Shown here piece after piece: positions 37,613-46,880 of a DNA stretch of 64,000 nt. Numbering within the stretch: position 1 is the first letter of the stretch; each line of letters opens with the position of its first letter. The DNA is from an uncultured bacterium. GTDB taxonomy: Bacteria; Omnitrophota; Omnitrophia; Omnitrophales; Aquincolibacteriaceae. Under the pieces are notes generated by a model. The model worked only from the letters and a program-made list of their open reading frames with translations, had not been told where the DNA came from and did no database searches. The DNA lies in the NCBI GenBank assembly GCA_964508905.1, contig CAZDVO010000007.1, positions 198-64,197 on the forward strand, given 5' to 3'. The position numbers and the translations under genes are program-made.

Positions 37613-39643
37613 ATGTCCAATATTCCTTCAGGCGATTCGAATGTTCAGGGGGCAGGTCCCGATCCCCTCCCGGAAAAGAAGTCCTCGGGCCAAAGCCTAC
37701 CCTTTCGGTTGGACCCTTTCCAGATCCAGGCGATCGAGTGGATCGAGAAAGAGCACTCTCTCCTCGTCTCCGCGCCCACGGGCTCAGGGAAAACGGTCAT
37801 TGCCGAAAAGGCGATTGAAAAGGCCGTTAGCCGGGGCGAACGGGTCATTTATACCGCGCCGATCAAAGCGCTGAGCAATCAGAAGTTCCGCGATTTTCAG
37901 GAACGTTTCGGCAAGGAGACCGTCGGGATCCTGACCGGGGACGTCTCGATCAATCCCGAGGCGCCGCTCCTGATCATGACCACCGAGATCTATCGGAATT
38001 CCCTTTTTGAGAATGAAGACCGCATCCGCAAGATCGCCTGGGTCATTTTCGATGAAGTCCATTATCTGGACAACACGGAACGAGGCACCGTGTGGGAGGA
38101 AGCCCTTCTTTTTACGCCGCCTGACGTTCGGATCCTCGCGCTCAGCGCGACAATCCCGAACGTGCGGGAACTTGCCGCCTGGATCCAGCAGATCCATGAG
38201 CGTCCGATCTCCGTGATCGAGGAATCGCATCGCCCGGTCCCCCTCCACTTTCTGTTCCAGTGCCAGGGCAAGATCCTGACAAATACCAAATCGCTTCGCA
38301 AGGAAGGCTATCTTCAGCGGGACAACTGGCAGCTTTCGATGCGGGAAAGACGCCGCGGATTCCAGCCTCCCCGCGCCCGTCCGAACCGCCTCCACGATCT
38401 TTTGAATCATCTTATCCACGAGGATCAGCTCCCCGCGATCTATTTTGCTTTTGGCCGCAAGCGGACCGCCATGCTCGCCTGGGAAGTCGCCCACTTCGAT
38501 CTGCTGCGCCAGGCGGAACGGCGCGAGATCGCGGCCCTTTACGACGATCTCCTCACCCGCTACGACCTTGCCGGCGACAAGACCGCCGAAGAGATACGCC
38601 CCCTCATCACCCAGGGGATCGCTTACCACCACGCGGGCATGCTCCCCACGCTCAAAGAAGTGATTGAGCGGCTTTTTACAAGCAAACTCCTCAAGCTCAT
38701 TTTCACGACGGAGACCTTCGCGTTGGGGATCAATATGCCGGCACGCACGGTCGTCTTTGACGAACTTGAAAAATTTTACGGCACCGGCTTTAAAACACTC
38801 ACTACGCGTGATTTTTTCCAGATGGCCGGCCGCGCAGGACGCCGGGGGATGGATCAGGAGGGATTCGTCTATTGCCGCATCCACCCGAGCGACATCACCT
38901 TCCCCGAAGTGGAGCGGATCCTTTATGGAAATCCGGAACCCGTGCGCAGTCAGCTAAACGCCACTTACGCCACGCTTCTCAACCTTTACCGGTCGCTCAA
39001 ATACCAGCTCCTTGAAATCTACCCGAGATCGTTCCATTTTTTTCAATCGTCGAAGCGAAAACGCGACGAAGGCCTGGAATTACTGAAGAACAAGCTCGCA
39101 CTGCTGCAGGAAATGGGCTATATCACGAATGAGGACCTTACGATCAAGGGCGAGTTCGCGGCGTCCATTTTTGGATTTGAATTGCTCCTTACGGAAATGT
39201 ACACCGACGGAGCTCTCGAACAGCTCGACGAAGCCAAATTGAACGTATTCCTGGCGGGCTTGATCTTTGAGCCGAGAAAGAACGAAGAGCCGCCCCGCCT
39301 CGGCAAAGACCATGAAGCATTGCTCAAACTCACGCATCACTACCACCGCATGATCCATAAATGGGAATCCAATTTCCGGGTCACCCCCTTCACCAAACCG
39401 CCCCATTTCCATCTCTCGAAAGCGATCGAAGCCTGGACTCAGGGAAAGGATTTTGAGAAAGTCTGCCAGCTCACGCCTACCGATGAAGGCAGTCTGGTTC
39501 GTTATATCCGGATGGTGATCCAGCTCCTGAGGGAGATCGCCCAAGCGCCGCATGCTTCGGAGGGGCTCAAGGCCAAAGCGCGCCGCGCGCGCGACATGAT
39601 CGATCGGGATGTGGTGGACGCGGAAAAACAACTGCGGGTCTGA
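37613..39643 (+). CDS. helY: Ski2-like DEAD/DEAH-box helicase with a DSHCT C-terminal domain (HelY/Mtr4-like)
   Basis: Motif I APTGSGKT, motif II FDEVHYLD, motif III SATIPN, motif VI QMAGRAGRRG, and a DSHCT-like C-terminal 250 aa. Confidence 0.8.
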   Translation: MSNIPSGDSNVQGAGPDPLPEKKSSGQSLPFRLDPFQIQAIEWIEKEHSLLVSAPTGSGKTVIAEKAIEKAVSRGERVIYTAPIKALSNQKFRDFQERFGKETVGILTGDVSINPEAPLLIMTTEIYRNSLFENEDRIRKIAWVIFDEVHYLDNTERGTVWEEALLFTPPDVRILALSATIPNVRELAAWIQQIHERPISVIEESHRPVPLHFLFQCQGKILTNTKSLRKEGYLQRDNWQLSMRERRRGFQPPRARPNRLHDLLNHLIHEDQLPAIYFAFGRKRTAMLAWEVAHFDLLRQAERREIAALYDDLLTRYDLAGDKTAEEIRPLITQGIAYHHAGMLPTLKEVIERLFTSKLLKLIFTTETFALGINMPARTVVFDELEKFYGTGFKTLTTRDFFQMAGRAGRRGMDQEGFVYCRIHPSDITFPEVERILYGNPEPVRSQLNATYATLLNLYRSLKYQLLEIYPRSFHFFQSSKRKRDEGLELLKNKLALLQEMGYITNEDLTIKGEFAASIFGFELLLTEMYTDGALEQLDEAKLNVFLAGLIFEPRKNEEPPRLGKDHEALLKLTHHYHRMIHKWESNFRVTPFTKPPHFHLSKAIEAWTQGKDFEKVCQLTPTDEGSLVRYIRMVIQLLREIAQAPHASEGLKAKARRARDMIDRDVVDAEKQLRV

Positions 39644-40405
39644 TCAGTGCGTTCCGTTAATCTTGCCGATCAACAGGCCTAACTTCTTCAAGAGATCGGG
39701 GCTATCGGAATAGCTGATCAGGCGATCCCCTTTAAAGGTCTTCATAGCATCCAAAGAGAGCGCGTCCTTGCAGTACACATACAGCGGCACATGAACCAGC
39801 GCCGCATGCTCGGCCAATTTTCCGCTGAGTTTTTTCGGATCAAGGATCGACTCTTCTTCCCAATACTGGCAAAGAATAAAACTCGGATGAAGGTTTTTTG
39901 CGAGGTTGAAGGCGTCTTCCTCGTTCAAAGCCGTCAAGACCTGACAACTCATAGAAGCAAGAAGCGTCCGGATCTTGGCGATCAGAAAATCCTCAACCCC
40001 GGCAAGGATCACGCGTTTAAGACCCTCGGGATGGGTGCCATGATCTCCGAGCAAGGCCTCGACCCGGGAGACGAGGTCCTTCGGATCATAAGGCTTGGGA
40101 ATAAATTCCACACCGGTAATATCTGAAAAATAATCCCGCATACTGCCACGCGCCGAGATCACGAGCGCGGGGATCCCCCGCGTCTCCCGATCATCCCGGA
40201 TCTTCCTCATCGCCTCAAAACCCGTCATGCGAGGCATCAGCACGTCCATGATGATCAGGTTCGGTTTTTCGGCCTTGACCTTCTCAACGGCCTCGACTCC
40301 ATCACGGGCAGAACATACCTCATACCCGAGAGATCTGAGGCGAGCGCTGAGGATCTCGACGATGGCGGGTTCATCATCGGCGATCAGGATCTTTTTGGAA
40401 GTCAT
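39644..40405 (-). CDS. response-regulator receiver protein (CheY-like REC plus a second degenerate REC-like domain, no DNA-binding output)
   Basis: KILIADDEPAIVE...IIMDVLMPRMTGFE...PALVISA (D-D-K pattern). The stop abuts the helY stop (convergent genes). Confidence 0.75.
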   Translation of the reverse strand: MTSKKILIADDEPAIVEILSARLRSLGYEVCSARDGVEAVEKVKAEKPNLIIMDVLMPRMTGFEAMRKIRDDRETRGIPALVISARGSMRDYFSDITGVEFIPKPYDPKDLVSRVEALLGDHGTHPEGLKRVILAGVEDFLIAKIRTLLASMSCQVLTALNEEDAFNLAKNLHPSFILCQYWEEESILDPKKLSGKLAEHAALVHVPLYVYCKDALSLDAMKTFKGDRLISYSDSPDLLKKLGLLIGKINGTH

Positions 40406-40463
40406 AAGCCCTTGCCAGGTTGGCGGGTTTAAAAATAAACAGGGATAGGATACCGATTTTGTC

Positions 40464-43400
40464 CTATTTTACAAGCGATTCTTCCCCGCCTCCGGCCAAT
40501 GCCTGAAAGGGGGCCAAACGAGGGTCCTTCCGGTCTTCTGACGCGATCGCCTCCTGGATCAGGGGCAAACGCCACTTTTCAATACGGCAAACCGTATCAA
40601 AAGGACAGAAGGATTCACAATCGCGCGGCCGGACCGGGATCTCCGAGGCCCGGATCGCGTTCGTGAATTTCCGGACAAAAACCGACGCCCTTTCAAGCAC
40701 CCGATGGAAAACATCATCCGGAAGCTGCGAGCGGGATGAAAATTCTTTTCCATAATTCCCGGCAGGCCCCGCACAGTAAAAACCGCTCTTTTTGTGGTCC
40801 CGGATGGAATAGATCTCGGCTCCGAGCGGCTGAAGACCTAGGTGCCTCTGTGCCGCGAGGAGATAAAGCGGGAGTTGAAGCGCCGTGCCCACAGCGAGGC
40901 TCGAAGCCTTGAACCGGTACGAACGCTTGTAGTCCATCACGACCGCGTATTTTTTTTCCGCATCCGTATCGATCCGATCAACCCGCCCCCGGAGCTTGAT
41001 CGTCTGCGAATCTTCTCCCGGGATCTCCAGCGCCGCCTCGCCTTTTTGTCCGAACGTCCCGAAGGAATACTCCACTTCGCAGGGGCGGAACACCGCGCGT
41101 TTGAGCCGTTCGGTCTCATAATTCAAAAAATCAAAAAGCATCTGAAAAAGCTCCCGGCGATCCAGGGCCTCTTCATAGGGTTCCGTCCAGGTCAAAGGAT
41201 GTCGCTTGAGCCCTTCTTCGATCTCTCTTTCAATAAATATTTCGAGTTTTTCCTTCGGGGCCGGCTTGCGGCGGGGATCAAAATATTGCTGAAGCACATG
41301 GTGCAGGATGTTGCCCTTCTGCATCATACTGATATCCTCTCCCGTGTCCTTGAGGCGGAGGATCTTATCGGCAAAATAACGATAGGGACATTTCGCGTAC
41401 GTCTCTAAACGGGTCGGGCTCGTCTCCGGAGTCTCAAAATATTTCCCCCGGAGGATCTTTTCATCCCGAAGTATTGCCTCCACAGGTTCTAAAGCAGTGA
41501 GAAGCCGCTCCCGGCTTTTAGGATCCCCGGAAAGCTGGCGCAGGGCTTCCTCGGAAGGAACATCCGGGTCCCCTTCCTGCCGCAGCCCCCCCACAACGGA
41601 CGCTTCCATCTCCCGATGGGTGATCGCATCAGCGGGCGACGGAAAAGGCTTCGCGAGGTCTTGCCGAACCCAGCGCAGTTTATCGCCGAAAAGGGCTTTG
41701 ACCTCTTCAAGGTAGAAGGACGGCAGAGACTCCTTGCCTTCGAAATCCACGCGGGGATAACTGAGGAAGAGGCGCTCCTTCGCGCGTGTCACGGCAAGAT
41801 AAAAAAGATAACGTTCGATATTCTGCCGCGGCAGACACTCGGCGATCGGCGAAGCCAGCCCCCCGTTCACAAGCTGTCTTTCCCAATCCGAGAGCAAAGG
41901 ATCCTCCCGGACCTGCTGCGGGAACACCTTCTCCAAAAGCCCCGCCACAAAAACAACCTTGTACTCTTTTTGACGCGCCAGGGACACGTCATAGACCTGC
42001 ACGCGGTTCTTATCCCGCTCATGAAGCGAGTAGACATCGAGTTCCACAAGACCGAGAAAATGGTCAGCAAAGCTTTCGAAGGAGACGACCGCGCCCGGGT
42101 GTCTCGAAAAATAGCCCCGGATCTCCTCAAGAAGCACTTCAAAGCGATGCACGCTCGCGGCGTCCCGGCGGGTCAGGGAAGAATAGGTGTCGCGGATCTC
42201 CAGGATCCCGAAGCTGTCGTACACGGCCTGGCGGAAGATCCGGATATGTTCCTCCACCGCCGTCGCCGCCCGAAACCGGTCCTCCGTCTCGGCAAAAACC
42301 TTCAGCGCAGCGGTTTTTTCACTGTTAAATACCGCCAGTTCCTCAGGAACGCCTCGCGTCCAGTCCGCAAGCCAGGCTTCTCGGCCTCCTGCGATCCCTT
42401 CCCGAAAGGCATGCTGTTCAAAACAGGCGATCCAATCAGCCGATTTCGGAAGACGGGGACTCAATTGCCGGACATAGTCCGATCTTAAAAAAGCAAAAAG
42501 GGCTTCAGGCTTCCAGGCTTCACGAAAAAGCACCAACAGCTGCTGCACGGCGGCGATCCAGGGAGAGAATTTCAATCGATCGCGTTCATGGATCTCCGTC
42601 GGAATGCCATACCGCGAAAAAACCGAGGCAATGATCGGCGCGTAGTGGCGGATCTGACGGAAAAGCACCGCAAAGTCGCTATAGCGGTAGCCCCCCGTCG
42701 CGTAGAGTTTGTGGATCTGACGGGCAATGAGCTCGATCTCGCCTTCGTTCCCGACCGCATCGAGCATCACAAGGTTTTCTCCGGGCACAGGCGCGGGCCG
42801 GGGCTCCTTCGGAGCAAAAAGGTGCTGCTGAAGAAAAAGAAGCGCCGGTTTTGTCGTACGTTTCGACGGAGTGCTCATCCACTGCGTGATAAATCCAGCG
42901 GCCTCAAGGGCCGCCTGCGTCCGGGCCACCGGTTCAAAGATCCCTTCCGCTCCGGACTTGGGATCTTCCCGGGTCAGGGTCACGGTCACTTCCCCGCTCA
43001 CCATCGCCAACTCTTTCAGGACCTCCAACTGCAAATTAGAAAAATCAAAAAAACCGTCGATCCAAAGCGCTCGGAATCGGAGGGCCGAAGCCCCCCGCCC
43101 TTTTTTTCTTTCCCGGAAAATACGCAGCGCATCCTGGGTATCCCGAAGGCCTCGCTCGGCAAGCTGCGCCTCATACTGACCGTAGAAATCCGCCAACGCT
43201 TCATATTTAAGCGCGTAAGCAGGCTCAAACCCTTTGAGAGCATTCATGCGTTCGCGAAAGATCTCGGGAGAAATGCAGGACTCTTTCAACTCCGTGATGA
43301 ACTGGGCCATAAGCCCCGCGAATCCCGGATAAGCGGAAGAATCCTTGAAATAGGTCCAGGCGTGATCCCGCAGCAGATCCCGGACGATCATCATGCGGGT

Positions 43401-43667
43401 CAGGCTGGATGCCACGGGGATATCGGCAACACGAAAAAGATCCTGTGCGAGCCGGGAAAGGGTGGTCACCCGTTTGTGGAAAAAACCTTTGAGCCCCCTC
43501 TGGATCAGAACGGAGACCACGCGCTCCGTATGTTCGGCGGAGGGAACGACAAAACAAACATCTGAGGCAAGGGGGTCCGCCGCCAAAGACAGCGCTTTTT
43601 CAAAAGATTCGATCAGTTGGTGGGTCTTCCCGCAACCTGCAGGGCCGACGAGAAGGATCTTCCCCAT
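40464..43667 (-). CDS. addB: AddB-type helicase-nuclease subunit (Walker-A inactive-helicase-like N-terminus, C-terminal PD-(D/E)xK nuclease with a Cys cluster)
   Basis: VGPAGCGKT, then C-terminal CPYRYF...DRIDTD...VVMDYKRS...CESFCPFDTVC, the AddB/Cas4-like Fe-S nuclease signature. Confidence 0.75.
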   Translation of the reverse strand: MGKILLVGPAGCGKTHQLIESFEKALSLAADPLASDVCFVVPSAEHTERVVSVLIQRGLKGFFHKRVTTLSRLAQDLFRVADIPVASSLTRMMIVRDLLRDHAWTYFKDSSAYPGFAGLMAQFITELKESCISPEIFRERMNALKGFEPAYALKYEALADFYGQYEAQLAERGLRDTQDALRIFRERKKGRGASALRFRALWIDGFFDFSNLQLEVLKELAMVSGEVTVTLTREDPKSGAEGIFEPVARTQAALEAAGFITQWMSTPSKRTTKPALLFLQQHLFAPKEPRPAPVPGENLVMLDAVGNEGEIELIARQIHKLYATGGYRYSDFAVLFRQIRHYAPIIASVFSRYGIPTEIHERDRLKFSPWIAAVQQLLVLFREAWKPEALFAFLRSDYVRQLSPRLPKSADWIACFEQHAFREGIAGGREAWLADWTRGVPEELAVFNSEKTAALKVFAETEDRFRAATAVEEHIRIFRQAVYDSFGILEIRDTYSSLTRRDAASVHRFEVLLEEIRGYFSRHPGAVVSFESFADHFLGLVELDVYSLHERDKNRVQVYDVSLARQKEYKVVFVAGLLEKVFPQQVREDPLLSDWERQLVNGGLASPIAECLPRQNIERYLFYLAVTRAKERLFLSYPRVDFEGKESLPSFYLEEVKALFGDKLRWVRQDLAKPFPSPADAITHREMEASVVGGLRQEGDPDVPSEEALRQLSGDPKSRERLLTALEPVEAILRDEKILRGKYFETPETSPTRLETYAKCPYRYFADKILRLKDTGEDISMMQKGNILHHVLQQYFDPRRKPAPKEKLEIFIEREIEEGLKRHPLTWTEPYEEALDRRELFQMLFDFLNYETERLKRAVFRPCEVEYSFGTFGQKGEAALEIPGEDSQTIKLRGRVDRIDTDAEKKYAVVMDYKRSYRFKASSLAVGTALQLPLYLLAAQRHLGLQPLGAEIYSIRDHKKSGFYCAGPAGNYGKEFSSRSQLPDDVFHRVLERASVFVRKFTNAIRASEIPVRPRDCESFCPFDTVCRIEKWRLPLIQEAIASEDRKDPRLAPFQALAGGGEESLVK

Positions 43668-43673
43668 GGAGAA

Positions 43674-44075
43674 TCACGCTTCAAACACAGCGCAACTATC
43701 CTGATTCTCCCAAAGGGTCACTTTGGAGACGGGAAGTTTCATGCGCCGGGCTTCGCGGAAGATCCACCGCGCGAGCATCTCCGCGGTCGGATTCTCTCCC
43801 ACAAGCACGACCGGTTCGCCGGCTTCTTTCAAAAGTTTTGCCAGCGGGTCCTTCTTCCAGAGGATCATTTTATGGTCCAGGTTCCGGTCGATCCACTCAC
43901 CAATGGTCCGTTTAATATCAAAAAAATCAACGACCATTCCCTGACGGTTGAGTTTAGGGGTCGACATCCGGATCTCGACCCTCGCACTGTGGCCGTGAAG
44001 GTGAGAACATTTATCATGCCCCCCCAAAAGACGGTGGCCATAATTGAAATAGATCATTTTTGCGACCTGGAACAT
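43674..44075 (-). CDS. queD: 6-carboxy-5,6,7,8-tetrahydropterin synthase
   Basis: F.YGHRL...HDKCSHLHGHS (CxxHGH zinc site) and the typical size (133 aa). The stop is 6 nt from the addB start. Confidence 0.85.
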   Translation of the reverse strand: MFQVAKMIYFNYGHRLLGGHDKCSHLHGHSARVEIRMSTPKLNRQGMVVDFFDIKRTIGEWIDRNLDHKMILWKKDPLAKLLKEAGEPVVLVGENPTAEMLARWIFREARRMKLPVSKVTLWENQDSCAVFEA

Positions 44076-44278
44076 AAAAAAGACTCCTCTGTGAACGATT
44101 GAGTGAGCGCATTATGACCGATTTCGAGAACTAAGTAAACCCGCCATACCCTATTCACCGAAAACTGCTCTCTTTTCCTCCCGGATCCCTTGAGAGAAGG
44201 ACTTCCCCGGCCGCCGGGTATCGTATAGAATGTGCCCTCTTTTGAAATCCACGGCCTCATCTCAGGAAAGGAACTTTT

Positions 44279-44854
44279 ATGGCCTCTCAGATCTCTGCCA
44301 ATGACCTCGAAAAGAAACTGTATATCGAAATGGAAGGGCAGCCTTATTTCGTGCTCGACGTCAAATTCGCAACCCCCACCGCGCGGGGGGCATCGACCAT
44401 GGCCAAAGCCCGCGTGAGAAATCTCCTGAACGGCGCCGTGCTGGAAAAGACCTTCAAGACCAGTGAAAAATTCAACATCGCCGACGTGGAAAAAGTCCCC
44501 GCCGTGCTCCAGTACATCTCCGGGAATGAATACCACTTCATGGACAACGAGACCTACGAAGGGTTCATGCTCACCGCGGAAAAACTGGGAGACCAGAAGT
44601 TTTATTTGAAGGAAAATCAGGAAATGCTGGCGCTCAAGCTGAACGGTACGGTCGTCTCCCTGGAACTTCCCGTTTATGTCGAGCTGGCCATCACCGAAAC
44701 CGACCCTTCCATCAAAGGAGCCTCGATCTCGGGACGATCGACAAAAAGAGCCAAACTCGAAACAGGGCTGGAAGTTCAGGCGCCCCTCTACGCGGAAGAA
44801 GGAACCCTCCTGCGTGTCAACACCGAAACCGGCGAAGCTTCGGGACGGGCCTGA
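44279..44854 (+). CDS. efp: elongation factor P
   Basis: MASQISANDLEKKLYIEMEGQPYFVLD...KGASISGRSTKRAKLETGLEVQAPLY, with the conserved loop lysine in a KGAS context. Confidence 0.95.
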   Translation: MASQISANDLEKKLYIEMEGQPYFVLDVKFATPTARGASTMAKARVRNLLNGAVLEKTFKTSEKFNIADVEKVPAVLQYISGNEYHFMDNETYEGFMLTAEKLGDQKFYLKENQEMLALKLNGTVVSLELPVYVELAITETDPSIKGASISGRSTKRAKLETGLEVQAPLYAEEGTLLRVNTETGEASGRA

Positions 44855-44870
44855 TCGGAAGTCCGTTCGC

Positions 44871-45086
44871 TTACTGAATCCTGACCCCGCCCATGACCGG
44901 GGTATCCTCCATCGGCAGATCTTCGGGAGCGCGTTCCCCCGGAAGCGATTCCGAATCGCCTTCAAAAGCGGAAGGATCCGAATCGATATCCTCCGCCACC
45001 GCCTGGATCCTTGAGCATTCCGCCTCAGCATAAGCTCCGGGCACAGCAACTGCCAAGGTAAGCAAAAAAATCCCCGCCACCATCAT
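44871..45086 (-). CDS. possible small acidic secreted protein
   Basis: MMVAGIFLLTLAVAVPGAYA is a signal peptide followed by a D/E-rich tail. The start is ambiguous and there is no clear SD. Confidence 0.35.
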   Translation of the reverse strand: MMVAGIFLLTLAVAVPGAYAEAECSRIQAVAEDIDSDPSAFEGDSESLPGERAPEDLPMEDTPVMGGVRIQ

Positions 45087-45090
45087 CACA

Positions 45091-45675
45091 CTATTTCGCA
45101 CAGGTCCCTCCCTTTTCATCAGATATTGATCGTGCCCCTTGATTGAACGAACAGATCTCTTCCAAAGTTTTTCGCACCTTCGTCGCCTCGCGTGCCTCCT
45201 TGGGATAACCCAGCGAGATCACAATATCGATCTTCTCTCCCCGGGAAACCCCAAGCTCCTTTTTCAAGACCTTCTCATTGAACCATCCGATCCAGCAACT
45301 CCCGATCCCGAGGTCTTGCGCCTGAAGGACCAAATGCTCGCAAGCGATCCCGATATCGACAAGATTATAATGCGTATCACGCACCTGGCCTCCGAGCGAG
45401 GCCATGAGCTTCGACCGCCGGGCCACAACGGCCACAAGGACCGGCGCTTCTTTCGCGAACTGGTTCATGGAGTAGATCCCGGAAAAGATCCGATCGGCCA
45501 CGCGAGTTTTGAGGGCCGGATCATCGATCACGATAAAATGCCAGGGCTGGGAATTACAGGCGGACGGAGCAACGCGCGCGGCCTCGAGACATTTGAGAAC
45601 GTCCTCCTGGGGGATCGGCCGGGATGAGTAATGCCGCAAACTGCGCCGCGCCTGGACCAACTCTGAAAAATCCAT
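45091..45675 (-). CDS. nitroreductase-family protein
   Basis: RRSLRHYSSRPIPQE...APSACNSQPWHFIVI is the NfsB/FRase fold signature. Confidence 0.85.
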   Translation of the reverse strand: MDFSELVQARRSLRHYSSRPIPQEDVLKCLEAARVAPSACNSQPWHFIVIDDPALKTRVADRIFSGIYSMNQFAKEAPVLVAVVARRSKLMASLGGQVRDTHYNLVDIGIACEHLVLQAQDLGIGSCWIGWFNEKVLKKELGVSRGEKIDIVISLGYPKEAREATKVRKTLEEICSFNQGARSISDEKGGTCAK

Positions 45676-45711
45676 GCTAAGCTCTCCTGGAAAAATAGTT
45701 TTTTAACCCGA

Positions 45712-46869
45712 TCATCCGGCGATCTCGATCAAGCGTTGGATCACCTCTTCGACCACACGGTTGGGCGTAGACGCCCCCGCGGTGACCCCCACTTTGATCT
45801 CGCCTGACGGCAGCCAATCCTCCGTTTCGAGGATCTCCTGGGCTCCCGTTCTTTTGTGACGGATCTTCGAAGCCGAAAGGATCGAGGAGGCGTCTTCGAC
45901 ATGGAATGCGGAACAATATCCCGACGCGATCTCGACCAAGTGTCCCGTATTACTCGACCGGTACCCTCCAATGACCAGGATCACATCCATCTTTTTTTCA
46001 CCCAGCTCACGGATCGCGTCCTGACGATCCTGCGTCGCCGAACAGATCGTGTCAAAGTGACGAAAACGCTGTGACGCCTCTTCCTCGCCATAGCGGGCTT
46101 GCAACGCGGCACGCAGAAGATCCGAGATCTCGATCGACTCCCGGGAAAGCATCGTCGTCTGGTTCGCAAACCCGATCTTCTCAAGGTCCCGGTCCGGGTC
46201 CAATCCGGGAGAGCATGCGTCCTTGAATTTTCCCAAAAAAACGTCCCGAGCGCTCTCCCCTCGGATATACCCACAAACAAGTTCAGCCTGTTTGCGATCT
46301 TTGACGACAAGATATTTTGACGCCCGAGAACAGGTCGCGCGGGTCTCTTCATGATCGTATTTCCCGTGGATCACGGACGTAAAACCGTCCTTGCTATAAG
46401 ATTCCACCCGACGCCACACGCTCATCACGGAACCACAGGTCGTATCCACGATTACGCAGCCTTTTTTCTGGAATTCCTTCAAGGCTTCGACCGGAACCCC
46501 GAAAGCGGGCATGATCACCACGTCTTTTTCGGTGATCTCGGCGCGCGAAGCATCCCCGGCAAGGATCTTCACGCCCATTTCCTGAAGCTCCGCGTTCACC
46601 CGCGGATTATGGATGATCTCGTTGGTGAGAAAAATGCGCCTCTCGGGAAATCGCGCGCGGGTTTCATAGGCGTACTGAACGGCGCGTTCTACACCGTAGC
46701 AAAAACCGAATTCCTTGGCAAGATGGATGGCCAGCCGACCGGCCTTCATGGAGAAACCGGACGCGCGAACTTTTTCGATCAGCGGACTGTGATAACTTTG
46801 ATCGAGCTGGCGCCGGACAGCCCCTTGGATCCCGGGGCCCTGAGAGTGATCCTTCTCGGGCGCGGTCAT
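45712..46869 (-). CDS. ispH: 4-hydroxy-3-methylbut-2-enyl diphosphate reductase
   Basis: GFCYGVERAV, TNEIIHNP, VDTTCGSVMSVW, GGYRSSNT. The ORF-track start at 47163 adds an Arg-rich N-terminus overlapping the upstream gene and is unlikely. The start is at 46869 (MTAPEK) or 46749 (MKAG). Confidence 0.85.
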   Translation of the reverse strand: MTAPEKDHSQGPGIQGAVRRQLDQSYHSPLIEKVRASGFSMKAGRLAIHLAKEFGFCYGVERAVQYAYETRARFPERRIFLTNEIIHNPRVNAELQEMGVKILAGDASRAEITEKDVVIMPAFGVPVEALKEFQKKGCVIVDTTCGSVMSVWRRVESYSKDGFTSVIHGKYDHEETRATCSRASKYLVVKDRKQAELVCGYIRGESARDVFLGKFKDACSPGLDPDRDLEKIGFANQTTMLSRESIEISDLLRAALQARYGEEEASQRFRHFDTICSATQDRQDAIRELGEKKMDVILVIGGYRSSNTGHLVEIASGYCSAFHVEDASSILSASKIRHKRTGAQEILETEDWLPSGEIKVGVTAGASTPNRVVEEVIQRLIEIAG

Positions 46870-46880
46870 GCGAGCCTCGA

